Assembly: GCF_003334255.1 (NCBI RefSeq)
Contig: NZ_QOWU01000040.1
Length of the DNA stretch: 49,174 nt
DNA from: Escherichia coli
GTDB taxonomy: Bacteria > Pseudomonadota > Gammaproteobacteria > Enterobacterales > Enterobacteriaceae
Reading direction: 5' to 3' (one strand)
Shown here: piece after piece, positions 37,968 to 48,718 of the stretch
Layout: each line of letters starts with the position of its first letter
How positions within the stretch are numbered: position 1 is the stretch's first letter
The notes under the pieces: model-generated
Seen by the model: only the letters and a program-made list of their open reading frames with translations
Told to the model about the DNA's origin: nothing
The model's database searches: none
Made by a program: the position numbers and the translations under genes

Positions 37968-38863
37968 TATTTCCCCCGTTTGGCGCGTGGATGCGCCGCA
38001 TCGTACACCGAGGCAAGGTGTTGAAAATCAAGATGAGTATAGATTTGCGTGGTGGAGAGGTTGGCATGACCCAGCAGCTCCTGCACACCACGAAGATCGC
38101 CGCTCGACTCCAGCATATGCGTGGCGAACGAGTGACGTAATTTATGCGGATGAACGTGATTATTCAGCCCTTGTTTTATGCCCCATTCGGCAAAGCGTTT
38201 CTGCACATTACGCGCGGAGATACGCTTGCCCAGTTTCGACAGAAAAAGCGCGTCGTCTTCGCTACCAAACAGGTCGCGCAAATCAAGCCAGTGCTCAATC
38301 CACGCCACAGCGTTGCGACCAATCGGCAGGCGGCGCTCTTTGCTGCCTTTCCCCATAACCCACACTTCACCAGACTCCAGGTCGAGGTGTTTAATATCCA
38401 GCCCCACCAGCTCAGAAAGACGCAGACCCGCGCCGTACATCACTTCCAGCATTGCACGGTCGCGTACAGCGAGGGGATCATTGATATCAATATCCAGCAG
38501 CCGATTCATATCGTCGACGTCGATGTTTTTCGGCAGATGACGCGGCGCTTTCGGTGCCGAAACACCTTTCGCCGGGTTAGCTTTGAGTTCGTTCTGGCTG
38601 ACCAGCCAGTCAAAAAAGCTACGTAGCGCAGAAAGCCGTAACGCCAGACTTGCTGCTCCCAGCCCTTTACGGCGACTGCGTACAGCAAAATTGCGCACCA
38701 TCGTCACATCACATTGCTGCCAGCTTTGCAGGCCGTTTTCGCTGGCAAAATTGATGATCGCCTCAAGCTGACGCTGGTAGTTAAGCAGGGTTATCGGGCT
38801 AAGCTGGCGCTCCACGCTCAGATAACGTAGGTAGCGTTCTACATCGGTGTGTAAATCGGTCAT
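37967..38863 (-). CDS. xerC: Tyrosine recombinase XerC (chromosome dimer resolution)
   Basis: 298-aa ORF starting [33 protein letters not shown]; the C-terminal part carries the conserved tyrosine-recombinase residues ([13 protein letters not shown] ... [15 protein letters not shown]). Confidence 0.95.
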
Positions 38864-39567
38864 ACGCGTTCAATCCAACGCTCCAGAAGCTCCGGCAACA
38901 TCAGCGCAATTTCATGAAGTAACTGCGTTCCTTGCCCTTGTTGATAGTGACTGGCATCGCGACTGGTAAACAGCACGACACCCAAATCAGCATCGCTTCC
39001 CAGCATCGACATCGCCACCGATCCCACCGCTTTCGCTTCCGGTAGCACCACCAGCAGCTCTGGTCCGTTAAGCGGCCCAAGATAGTGCTGTTCCTGCCCC
39101 AAACGCTGAATACGCAGCGGTTCGAAAGACTGACGGCTTAATGCCAGATGAGTGTGGTTCGACGGCGCACCTAAGCGCCAGCGATCCGGAAACAGGCGCA
39201 GACTCGCACCTGCCAGGCCGAGATCGCGCGCCCAGCGGTGAAAGCGCATCAGCATATCGTCGAGACTGCTGGCGGCGGTGAGACTGCGCTGCAGGTAGAG
39301 TAGGCGATAAAACAGGCCTTCGTTGGCGATAGCCTGTTCCATCAACAGCGCCATGTTCTCTTCCAGAACATGAATATGATTACGTGCGCGGGCCATGTGC
39401 CACTCGACCAACGAAACGGTGCCGCGTACCGGATGCGGCACACGTATCGCTTCTACTGCGCGCGCATTACGGATAAAAAACTCAGGATTTTTAATCAGAT
39501 AATCGACAACCGCCCGGTCATCAAGCTCCGTGAGTGTTTCCTGCAGTTCTTCCCCTGGTTGCTTCAT
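38860..39567 (-). CDS. yigA: DUF484-family protein of unknown function
   Basis: 235-aa ORF starting [23 protein letters not shown]; 4-bp overlaps with both dapF upstream and xerC downstream. Confidence 0.85.
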
Positions 39568-40388
39568 AGATGAATAAATCCGTCGTAGACATGTACCGCC
39601 GGGCCAGTCATATATAACGGGTGACCCGGACCTTTCCAGGCGATATCAAGACGACCGCCGGGGAGTTCCACGCGTACTTCTTCGGCCAGCAAACCTTGCT
39701 GAATCCCTACTGCAACCGCCGCACACGCGCCGCTGCCGCAGGCCTGGGTTTCTCCTGCCCCACGCTCATAAACGCGTAAACGAATATGCTCGCGCTTAAC
39801 CACTTGCATAAAACCGATATTGGCGCGCTCCGGAAAACGCTCGTGGCTTTCCAGAACAGGACCAAGCGTTTCTACCGCCGCGGTATCGACATCATCGACC
39901 TGAATCACGCAATGCGGATTTCCCATCGACACCACGCCGCATAAGATTGTCTGCTCGGCGGCGCGCATAATATAGGTCTTTTCCGCTTTGTTAGCGCGAA
40001 ACGGCACGGCGGAAGGTTCGAAGTTGGGTTCGCCCATATTTACGCGGACCAGATCATCATCGGTGACGGTCAGAACCATCCGCCCGTTGGCGGTGCTGAC
40101 GCGGATATCACGCTTATTGGTCAGTCCTTTCAGACGCACAAAACGGGCAAAGCAGCGCGCACCGTTGCCGCACTGCGCCACTTCACTGCCATCAGCATTG
40201 AAAATGCGATAGTGAAAATCCAGTTCAGGATCATACGGCGGCTCAACCACCAGCAGTTGGTCAAACCCTACCCCCAGGTGCCGATCAGCCAGGCGACGAA
40301 TCAGCTCCGGTGAAAAAAAGACATTCTGCGTTACCGCGTCGACGACCATAAAATCGTTGCCAAGGCCATGCATTTTCGAGAACTGCAT
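39564..40388 (-). CDS. dapF: Diaminopimelate epimerase
   Basis: Track ORF 39564..40391 (MMQFSK...). Second ATG chosen, 274 aa. Confidence 0.95.
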
Positions 40389-40424
40389 CATTTACTCCAA
40401 TCACGCGGGTACAGAAACTGACTT

Positions 40425-40628
40425 TTAGTAATTCACCTGGGATGGACCATCGCCAGTGGCGCGATCGTTTTTATCCGGCACCGTGGATTGCGTTTGCGTC
40501 TCTACCGGTTTGGTCGGCGGCGGTGCGTTTTTATCTGCAGGCGGGAAATAGAGCGGACCTTTCAGACCGCAGCCCGTCAGGCTGAAGAGAGTAAGTAATA
40601 CAGTGAGTGCCTTAAACACGTTTTTCAT
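40425..40628 (-). CDS. yifL: Small lipoprotein YifL
   Basis: 67-aa ORF with signal peptide and lipobox (LTLFSLTGC). Confidence 0.85.
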   Translation of the reverse strand: MKNVFKALTVLLTLFSLTGCGLKGPLYFPPADKNAPPPTKPVETQTQSTVPDKNDRATGDGPSQVNY

Positions 40629-41031
40629 TATGGATTGCCTGTAAAGTTCATCGCTTTCTGCTTTCTATCATCGCAGGAGAAGACGTAAAAGCAAGCGTTT
40701 AGCGACTCTTTATGAAGTCTGAAAAGTGAGGAAATGCTGCGAGTATAACGCTTACTCGTGGGGATTTATGTTTTGCTGGTAGTTTCGTGATCGGCACCTC
40801 GCGCCAGGATGGCTTTATGCACTATCGCAATGTGGTTTGTTTGTTGTCTTTTTTAGTTCCGTCAGCGTGAGGATGCTCGCTCGGTAAACCTGATCATAAT
40901 GTTTACCAGAAACAGGGAAAGACGTGGTGTAACTGCGCCCTAATGAAGAGACAAATCTTTCGCTACACAGAGACATCATTATTCCGGTGACGGATGAATC
41001 GTGCCGGAACGCAGCCGCAGAGGTGCAAACT

Positions 41032-41060
41032 TTGAAGCCCTGACCCCATGCCGCTATACT
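41032..41060 (+). promoter_or_regulatory. Candidate sigma70 promoter of cyaY
   Basis: TTGAAG (41032..41037), 17-bp spacer, TATACT (41055..41060), about 30 bp upstream of the cyaY ATG. Inferred from sequence only. Confidence 0.45.
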
Positions 41061-41090
41061 GCCGCCATCACTTAAAAACAGGATACAACA

Positions 41091-41411
41091 ATGAACGACA
41101 GTGAATTTCATCGCCTGGCTGATCAACTCTGGCTGACCATTGAAGAACGCCTGGACGACTGGGATGGCGACAGCGATATCGACTGCGAAATCAACGGCGG
41201 CGTACTGACCATTACCTTTGAGAATGGCAGCAAAATCATTATCAACCGCCAGGAGCCGCTGCACCAGGTATGGCTGGCAACCAAACAGGGCGGCTACCAT
41301 TTTGACCTGAAAGGCGATGAGTGGATTTGTGATCGCAGCGGCGAAACCTTCTGGGATTTGCTGGAACAGGCGGCGACGCAGCAGGCGGGTGAAACAGTCA
41401 GTTTCCGCTAA
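41091..41411 (+). CDS. cyaY: Frataxin homolog CyaY (iron-sulfur cluster assembly)
   Basis: 106-aa ORF starting [33 protein letters not shown]. Confidence 0.95.
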
Positions 41412-41450
41412 GATTGCATGCCGGATAAGCCTCGCTTTCCGGCACGTTCA

Positions 41451-43997
41451 TCACGAAAAATATTGCTGTAATAGCGGCGTATCGTGATCCTGATTGGCAG
41501 GCGGCATGTTACCGATAGATTTTGTGCGGAACGGAATCACCTGTTCACGACCATCAACCTTCACAATCTGATAGAACTGCGGCAGGTTGAAGTTGATGAA
41601 GCTTGAGCCGTAGGTAAAACGGTCATGCGATGACGAGTAGAAGCGACTGACGTCACGTACCAGCTCCTCTTTGCTGCCTTCGCAGTGGTGATATACCTCA
41701 ACCCGGTTGCTTTCGTCGAGAATGTAGATATTAAAGCCATTCTCGTCTTGCGTTTCTTCGAAAAAGAACTGGATGATCCCTTCGCTGGCAAAGCCGTCCA
41801 CCACCGCCGGTAATTTGACGTGATTGGTTTCAACCTGCACTGACAGGCCGTGCAGTTTGTTATGCGAAATCGCGCCATAAAACTCGATGGCGTTTTCCAG
41901 TTTCTGTACCGATACATTCAGGCGTTCGAAGAACAACCCCCAGGTTTGACCAGAAACGCGCAGCGCCTTGAAACGCCCGGTTTCCTGGCGGGTGCTGGAA
42001 AGACGCAATTCAATACACTCAGAAACCAGTTGCTGCACGCGAGTACGAATTAAGCCGCGCAGATGCTGGCTATAACAGAAGACTTCCACGCTATCTGGCG
42101 GTGCGGCGTCCTGATGCATTTTGCCGAGAATAGTTTTCAGGGCTTCGATCATCGATTGCTCGCCGTTGAAGTGCAGCGTACGCACTTCGTTCCACGAGTT
42201 GCGGTACAGCAGGTCAACGCTACCTACCAGGCAATTTTGATTCTCGCCAAAGCTGAAGACATCCAGCTTACGGAAATCGAAATGCACCACCTGATTGCGG
42301 AACGCCGCTGTCGGGTCATATTCCAGGTTAACGATAATCGCCAGATGGCGGATCTCACACGGGCTGTAGAGCGCCTTCGGTGTCGGTGCAGGTAAGCGCA
42401 GCGGGAAATGGTGCGACACGTCGGCGACCATCTCCTGCAACTTAGGCAAATCGACAATGCCGTTACCTTTAATATACAAACGGGTGCGCGAGGTCAGCAG
42501 GCCGTTAAACCATGCCCACGCCACCAGTTTATTCAGGTAACGGTTATATTCCAGCGGCTGATGGCTGATGATCGACTCAATATTTGGCGCGCGGTTATAC
42601 AGATACCAACCTGAACGGTTAGCCCGGCCCGGCGGCACATAAATAAAGGTCAGATTCGGTTCCGAGAGATCGGGTGAAATCTGCGGGTTTACCAGCGTCA
42701 CTTTACCTGGTAATGCTTCAAACGCGGCATACAGCTTACGCGTCAGCACGCCGATATCCTGCGGACTGGCGGAGACGCTAAGGTTATTGCGACGCGCAAA
42801 GCGGATCAGATTACGGTAGCTCTGCATCATCGCGTCGAGCAACTCGTTGTGCGCCTCACGCACCTGATCAATCTTCCAGTTAGCGCGGTTATCGAGCATT
42901 GCCAGACGAGCTTCGTCCCAACCCCACTCGCTCACTAACTGGCTCAACACTGCGCGACGCCAGCCTACGCAGGCGCGTTCACGGCTGAGCTTTTCGCACA
43001 CTTTTAAATAGAAGCAGCGACGTACTAAATCCAGACGGGTAAGATCTTCAATCGCCGTCAGGTATTCAGTAACACGCTCCAGCATCATGCAGTATGGATC
43101 GAGACCAAACGATACAATCTCGCCGTCGTGCAAACGCTGTTTGATATCTTTCGCCAGCAGACGTGGGTTCGGGTATTCCCAGGAATAGGCTTCCAGCAGC
43201 AGTGTTTTCAGTACCGCTTTGTATGGGGAATCGATACTCTTGTAGAGCTGCCAAAGGCTGGCACCAAAGTACTCTTCAGCAGAAAGCGAGCTTAAGCCAC
43301 CGAGATCCAGCCATTCATTTGGCGTCAGCACGCCCTGCGCGTAAAGCGTCATCACATAGTCGTCGTAATGCTCTTCTTCGTCGCACGGCACCATATTCCA
43401 CAGAATACGCTTACCGGCGAGACGCACGGCGGTACGATAAAATTCGTCAAGCAGCAGTATATGCTGGGTGGAGCCACAATCTTCGCCCCCCAGGCTGCCG
43501 CTTTCATTATGACGGAAGCGGTTTTCATCAATCAGGAAGAAGCTGACTTCCACACCCAGCGAGGCGGCCCAGTTTTCCAGCAGGCTACATTTACGTTGTA
43601 GCAATTGGCGCTCTTCGCTATCGAGCCAGGATTGATGACAGACCCAGATATCCAGGTCAGAGGAACAACTTTGCCCTACGGACGAGGTGCTGCCCATGGT
43701 GTATACACCAGTAATTGGAAGCTCACCTTTCGGCGGATCCTGTACTGACATTCCACGATACAGTTCAAGCTCGTTCAGGTAGTGGCGTTGAGTTTCATCA
43801 GGCGTGTAAAGGCAAATGCCTTTGGGAACGTTACCATCAAGGTAACCCGGCATTAGCGGATGGTGATAGTGCAACAATGTCGGCAGTAGACTGTAGACCT
43901 GTTGGAATGCAGGCCCCATAGCAGCAAGCGCGCGATCCACACGCAATTGATTTATGGCATCCAGTCTCTGTTTCAGAGTCTCAATATAGAGGTACAA
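41451..43997 (-). CDS. cyaA: Adenylate cyclase (class I), TTG start codon
   Basis: 848-codon ORF. The first codon on the minus strand (43995..43997) is TTG, not ATG; the track shows M by convention. The product begins (M)[23 protein letters not shown]. Confidence 0.95.
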   Translation of the reverse strand: MYLYIETLKQRLDAINQLRVDRALAAMGPAFQQVYSLLPTLLHYHHPLMPGYLDGNVPKGICLYTPDETQRHYLNELELYRGMSVQDPPKGELPITGVYTMGSTSSVGQSCSSDLDIWVCHQSWLDSEERQLLQRKCSLLENWAASLGVEVSFFLIDENRFRHNESGSLGGEDCGSTQHILLLDEFYRTAVRLAGKRILWNMVPCDEEEHYDDYVMTLYAQGVLTPNEWLDLGGLSSLSAEEYFGASLWQLYKSIDSPYKAVLKTLLLEAYSWEYPNPRLLAKDIKQRLHDGEIVSFGLDPYCMMLERVTEYLTAIEDLTRLDLVRRCFYLKVCEKLSRERACVGWRRAVLSQLVSEWGWDEARLAMLDNRANWKIDQVREAHNELLDAMMQSYRNLIRFARRNNLSVSASPQDIGVLTRKLYAAFEALPGKVTLVNPQISPDLSEPNLTFIYVPPGRANRSGWYLYNRAPNIESIISHQPLEYNRYLNKLVAWAWFNGLLTSRTRLYIKGNGIVDLPKLQEMVADVSHHFPLRLPAPTPKALYSPCEIRHLAIIVNLEYDPTAAFRNQVVHFDFRKLDVFSFGENQNCLVGSVDLLYRNSWNEVRTLHFNGEQSMIEALKTILGKMHQDAAPPDSVEVFCYSQHLRGLIRTRVQQLVSECIELRLSSTRQETGRFKALRVSGQTWGLFFERLNVSVQKLENAIEFYGAISHNKLHGLSVQVETNHVKLPAVVDGFASEGIIQFFFEETQDENGFNIYILDESNRVEVYHHCEGSKEELVRDVSRFYSSSHDRFTYGSSFINFNLPQFYQIVKVDGREQVIPFRTKSIGNMPPANQDHDTPLLQQYFS

Positions 43998-44383
43998 GAC
44001 GTATCGCCTGATTTGCTACCCGTCATGACTGTGATTCCGCCAACATCAACGGTAACACGCGGCATTCGGGATATTTCGTATGTCAAAGGTAACCGTTACC
44101 ACTTTTCGCGCCTGGTTTTTTTAGTTTCACGACGAAAAAATGGTCTAAAACGTGATCAATTTAACACCTTGCTGATTGACCGTAAAGAAAGATGCGCTAC
44201 ATACAAGTGTAGCACCGTTTATTCTCTGTAAATTCCTTATTACAACGGCGTGAAACGCCTGTCAGGATCCACTGCCAGACCTCATTTTACGGTTTGCGCA
44301 GGCGTCTACGTTTCACCACAACACTGACATCACTCTGGCAAGGATGTTAGGATGGACCACGGATGATAATGACGGTAACAAGC

Positions 44384-45325
44384 ATGTTAGACAATGTTTT
44401 AAGAATTGCCACACGCCAAAGCCCACTTGCACTCTGGCAGGCACACTATGTCAAAGACAAGTTGATGGCGAGCCATCCGGGCCTGGTCGTTGAACTGGTA
44501 CCGATGGTGACGCGCGGCGATGTGATTCTTGATACGCCGCTGGCGAAAGTAGGCGGAAAAGGCTTATTTGTAAAAGAGCTGGAAGTCGCGCTCCTCGAAA
44601 ATCGCGCCGATATCGCCGTACACTCAATGAAAGATGTGCCGGTTGAATTCCCGCAAGGTCTGGGACTGGTCACTATTTGTGAGCGTGAAGATCCTCGCGA
44701 TGCCTTTGTGTCCAATAACTATGACAGTCTGGATGCGTTACCGGCAGGCAGTATCGTCGGGACGTCCAGTTTACGTCGCCAGTGCCAACTGGCTGAACGC
44801 CGTCCGGATCTGATTATCCGCTCCCTGCGCGGCAACGTCGGCACTCGCCTGAGCAAACTGGATAACGGCGAATACGATGCCATCATTCTTGCCGTAGCCG
44901 GACTAAAACGTTTAGGTCTGGAGTCACGTATTCGCGCCGCGTTGCCACCCGAGATTTCTCTTCCGGCGGTAGGACAAGGTGCGGTGGGTATTGAATGCCG
45001 CCTTGATGATTCACGCACTCGCGAGCTGCTTGCCGCGCTGAATCACCACGAAACTGCACTGCGCGTTACCGCAGAACGCGCCATGAATACCCGTCTCGAA
45101 GGCGGATGTCAGGTGCCAATTGGTAGCTACGCCGAGCTTATTGATGGCGAAATCTGGCTGCGTGCGCTGGTCGGCGCGCCGGACGGTTCGCAGATTATTC
45201 GCGGTGAACGCCGCGGTGCGCCGCAAGATGCCGAACAAATGGGGATTTCGCTGGCAGAAGAGCTACTGAATAACGGCGCGCGCGAGATCCTCGCTGAAGT
45301 CTATAACGGAGACGCCCCGGCATGA
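44384..45325 (+). CDS. hemC: Porphobilinogen deaminase (hydroxymethylbilane synthase)
   Basis: Track ORF 44363..45325. Start trimmed to the ATG at 44384 ([20 protein letters not shown]), 313 aa. Confidence 0.9.
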
Positions 45326-46062
45326 GTATCCTTGTCACCCGCCCGTCTCCCGCTGGAGAAGAGTTAGTGAGCCGTCTGCGCACACTGGGGCAGGTGGCCT
45401 GGCATTTTCCGCTGATTGAGTTTTCTCCGGGTCAACAATTACCGCAACTTGCTGATCAACTGGCAGCGCTGGGGGAGAGCGATCTGTTGTTTGCCCTCTC
45501 GCAACACGCGGTTGCTTTTGCCCAATCACAGCTGCATCAGCAAGATCGTAAATGGCCCCGACTACCTGATTATTTCGCCATTGGACGCACCACCGCACTG
45601 GCACTACATACCGTAAGCGGACAGAAGATTCTCTACCCGCAGGATCGGGAAATCAGCGAAGTCTTGCTACAATTACCTGAATTACAAAATATTGCGGGCA
45701 AACGTGCGCTGATATTACGTGGCAATGGTGGTCGTGAGCTAATTGGGGATACCCTGACGGCGCGCGGTGCTGAGGTCACTTTTTGTGAATGTTATCAACG
45801 ATGCGCAATCCATTACGATGGTGCAGAAGAAGCGATGCGCTGGCAAGCCCGCGAGGTGACGATGGTCGTTGTTACCAGCGGTGAAATGTTGCAGCAACTC
45901 TGGTCGCTGATCCCACAATGGTATCGTGAGCACTGGTTACTACACTGTCGACTATTGGTCGTCAGTGAGCGTTTGGCGAAACTCGCCCGGGAACTGGGCT
46001 GGCAAGACATTAAGGTCGCCGATAACGCTGACAACGATGCGCTTTTACGGGCATTACAATAA
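45322..46062 (+). CDS. hemD: Uroporphyrinogen-III synthase
   Basis: 246-aa ORF starting [19 protein letters not shown]; 4-bp ATGA overlap with the hemC stop. Confidence 0.95.
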   Translation: MSILVTRPSPAGEELVSRLRTLGQVAWHFPLIEFSPGQQLPQLADQLAALGESDLLFALSQHAVAFAQSQLHQQDRKWPRLPDYFAIGRTTALALHTVSGQKILYPQDREISEVLLQLPELQNIAGKRALILRGNGGRELIGDTLTARGAEVTFCECYQRCAIHYDGAEEAMRWQAREVTMVVVTSGEMLQQLWSLIPQWYREHWLLHCRLLVVSERLAKLARELGWQDIKVADNADNDALLRALQ

Positions 46063-46083
46063 CTCTCATAACAGGAAGCCATA

Positions 46084-47265
46084 ATGACGGAACAAGAAAA
46101 AACCTCCGCCGTGGTTGAAGAGACCAGGGAGGCCGTGGACACCACGTCACAACCTGTCGCAACAGAAAAAAAGAGTAAGAACAATACCGCATTGATTCTC
46201 AGCGCGGTGGCTATCGCTATTGCTCTGGCGGCGGGCATCGGTTTGTATGGCTGGGGTAAACAACAGGCCGTCAATCAGACCGCCACCAGCGATGCCCTGG
46301 CTAACCAACTGACGGCATTGCAAAAAGCCCAGGAGAGCCAAAAAGCCGAGCTGGAAGGCATTATTAAGCAACAAGCTGCACAACTTAAGCAGGCGAATCG
46401 TCAGCAAGAAACGCTGGCAAAACAGTTGGATGAAGTCCAACAAAAGGTCGCCACCATTTCCGGCAGCGATGCTAAAACCTGGCTGCTGGCTCAGGCCGAT
46501 TTTCTGGTGAAACTCGCCGGACGGAAGCTGTGGAGCGATCAGGACGTCACGACCGCTGCAGCGTTGCTGAAAAGTGCAGACGCCAGCCTGGCGGATATGA
46601 ATGACCCGAGTCTGATTACCGTTCGTCGGGCAATTACCGATGATATCGCCAGCCTTTCTGCAGTATCGCAGGTGGATTATGACGGCATCATCCTTAAGCT
46701 TAATCAGCTTTCAAATCAGGTAGATAACCTGCGTCTGGCCGATAATGACAGCGATGGTTCGCCGATGGATTCAGACGGTGAAGAGCTTTCCAGTTCCATC
46801 AGCGAATGGCGTATCAATCTGCAAAAAAGCTGGCAGAACTTTATGGACAACTTCATTACGATTCGCCGTCGTGATGACACCGCCGTACCGCTGTTAGCGC
46901 CAAATCAGGATATCTATCTGCGCGAAAATATTCGCTCTCGCCTGCTGGTCGCAGCACAAGCTGTACCGCGTCACCAGGAAGAGACTTATCGCCAGGCGCT
47001 GGAGAACGTCTCCACCTGGGTACGTGCTTACTACGATACTGATGATGCCACCACCAAAGCGTTCCTCGACGAGGTGGACCAGTTAAGCCAGCAAAATATC
47101 TCGATGGATCTTCCGGAAACCCTGCAAAGCCAGGCGATGCTGGAAAAACTGATGCAGACTCGCGTGCGTAACCTGCTGGCACAACCGGCAGCGGGGACAA
47201 CGGAAGCTAAACCTGCACCTGCACCGCAAGCTGATACTCCGGCAGCCGCGCCGCAAGGAGAATAA
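46084..47265 (+). CDS. hemX: HemX membrane protein (function unclear)
   Basis: 393-aa ORF with one transmembrane segment and a coiled-coil region ([18 protein letters not shown]...). Confidence 0.9.
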
Positions 47266-47267
47266 CC

Positions 47268-48464
47268 ATGCTAAAAGTGTTATTGCTCTTTGTGTTGCTG
47301 ATTGCGGGGATCGTGGTTGGCCCGATGATTGCCGGCCATCAGGGTTATGTGCTGATCCAGACCGACAACTACAATATCGAAACCAGCGTCACGGGCCTGG
47401 CGATCATATTGATTCTGGCGATGGTAGTGCTGTTTGCCATTGAGTGGCTACTGCGGCGGATCTTCCGCACTGGCGCGCACACCCGTGGGTGGTTTGTCGG
47501 ACGTAAGCGTCGCCGTGCACGTAAGCAGACCGAACAGGCGCTGCTGAAACTGGCGGAAGGCGATTATCAGCAAGTTGAAAAGCTGATGGCGAAAAATGCC
47601 GATCACGCGGAACAACCGGTGGTGAACTATCTACTGGCTGCCGAAGCCGCGCAACAACGTGGTGATGAAGCACGCGCCAACCAACATCTGGAACGCGCAG
47701 CGGAGCTGGCCGGCAACGACACCATTCCGGTAGAAATCACCCGCGTACGTCTGCAACTGGCCCGTAATGAAAACCATGCTGCACGCCACGGCGTGGATAA
47801 GCTGCTGGAAGTTACGCCACGCCATCCGGAAGTATTACGTCTGGCGGAACAGGCGTATATCCGCACAGGTGCATGGAGTTCGCTGCTGGATATTATCCCA
47901 TCAATGGCGAAAGCCCATGTTGGTGATGAAGAACATCGTGCAATGCTGGAACAACAGGCATGGATTGGCCTGATGGATCAGGCGCGTGCCGATAACGGTA
48001 GCGAAGGTTTGCGTAACTGGTGGAAAAACCAAAGCCGGAAAACGCGTCATCAGGTAGCGTTGCAGGTGGCAATGGCGGAACATCTTATTGAATGTGACGA
48101 TCATGATACTGCCCAGCAAATTATCATCGATGGCCTGAAACGCCAGTACGACGATCGCCTACTGCTGCCGATTCCTCGACTGAAAACAAACAATCCGGAA
48201 CAGCTGGAAAAAGTGCTGCGCCAGCAAATCAAAAACGTCGGCGATCGCCCGCTGTTGTGGAGCACACTGGGCCAGTCACTGATGAAGCACGGAGAATGGC
48301 AGGAAGCATCGCTCGCCTTCCGCGCAGCGCTGAAACAACGTCCGGACGCCTACGATTACGCATGGCTTGCCGACGCGCTGGACAGACTGCACAAGCCGGA
48401 AGAAGCTGCAGCGATGCGTCGCGACGGTTTGATGTTAACGTTGCAGAATAACCCGCCACAGTAG
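47268..48464 (+). CDS. hemY: HemY membrane protein (TPR-like; function in heme metabolism unclear)
   Basis: 398-aa ORF starting MLKVLLLFVLLIAGIVVGPMIAGHQGYVLIQTDNYNIE; 2 bp after hemX. Confidence 0.9.
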   Translation: MLKVLLLFVLLIAGIVVGPMIAGHQGYVLIQTDNYNIETSVTGLAIILILAMVVLFAIEWLLRRIFRTGAHTRGWFVGRKRRRARKQTEQALLKLAEGDYQQVEKLMAKNADHAEQPVVNYLLAAEAAQQRGDEARANQHLERAAELAGNDTIPVEITRVRLQLARNENHAARHGVDKLLEVTPRHPEVLRLAEQAYIRTGAWSSLLDIIPSMAKAHVGDEEHRAMLEQQAWIGLMDQARADNGSEGLRNWWKNQSRKTRHQVALQVAMAEHLIECDDHDTAQQIIIDGLKRQYDDRLLLPIPRLKTNNPEQLEKVLRQQIKNVGDRPLLWSTLGQSLMKHGEWQEASLAFRAALKQRPDAYDYAWLADALDRLHKPEEAAAMRRDGLMLTLQNNPPQ

Positions 48465-48501
48465 TTCCTTCTCACCCGGAGGCAAGCACCTCCGGGGCCT
48501 T

Positions 48502-48718
48502 CCTGATATATAAAAAAACGCCTGCTCTTATTACGGAGCAGGCGTTAAAACAGGTCTGTATGACAACAAGTGGGTGCTTCACTCAACGTTGTGTCCATGG
48601 TGTCTGATGAGGCATAAGCGACATCTGTCAGTGGACGATAAGCACCGTAAACGGCTCTGCGTCATTCCGGAGTTTATGAGGCACTAAGGCGAACATAAGA
48701 GATGGAATGAGCATCTAC
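48502..48718 (-). ncRNA. glmZ: GlmZ small regulatory RNA (activator of glmS translation; formerly SraJ/RyiA)
   Basis: Minus strand reads GTAGATGCTCATTCCATCTCTTATGTTCGCC ... GACCTGTTTTAACGCCTGCTCCGTAATAAGAGCAGGCGTTTTTTT, which I recognise as GlmZ, including its intrinsic terminator (10-bp stem plus T7). No ORF on this strand. The span includes the whole T-run, so the 3' end is approximate. Confidence 0.85.

Noticed and set aside
37967-38863. Tyrosine recombinase as a marker of an integrated mobile element
   Set aside because: The protein is the housekeeping XerC, embedded in the conserved dapF-yigA-xerC-yigB operon. There is no flanking tRNA, no direct repeats, no compositional shift and no cargo genes.
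40815-41300. 161-aa minus-strand ORF spanning the yifL-cyaY intergenic region and the 5' half of cyaY
   Set aside because: It overlaps cyaY antisense, has no recognisable domain character and has a low-complexity composition; most likely spurious. The intergenic part is still flagged separately as unexplained.
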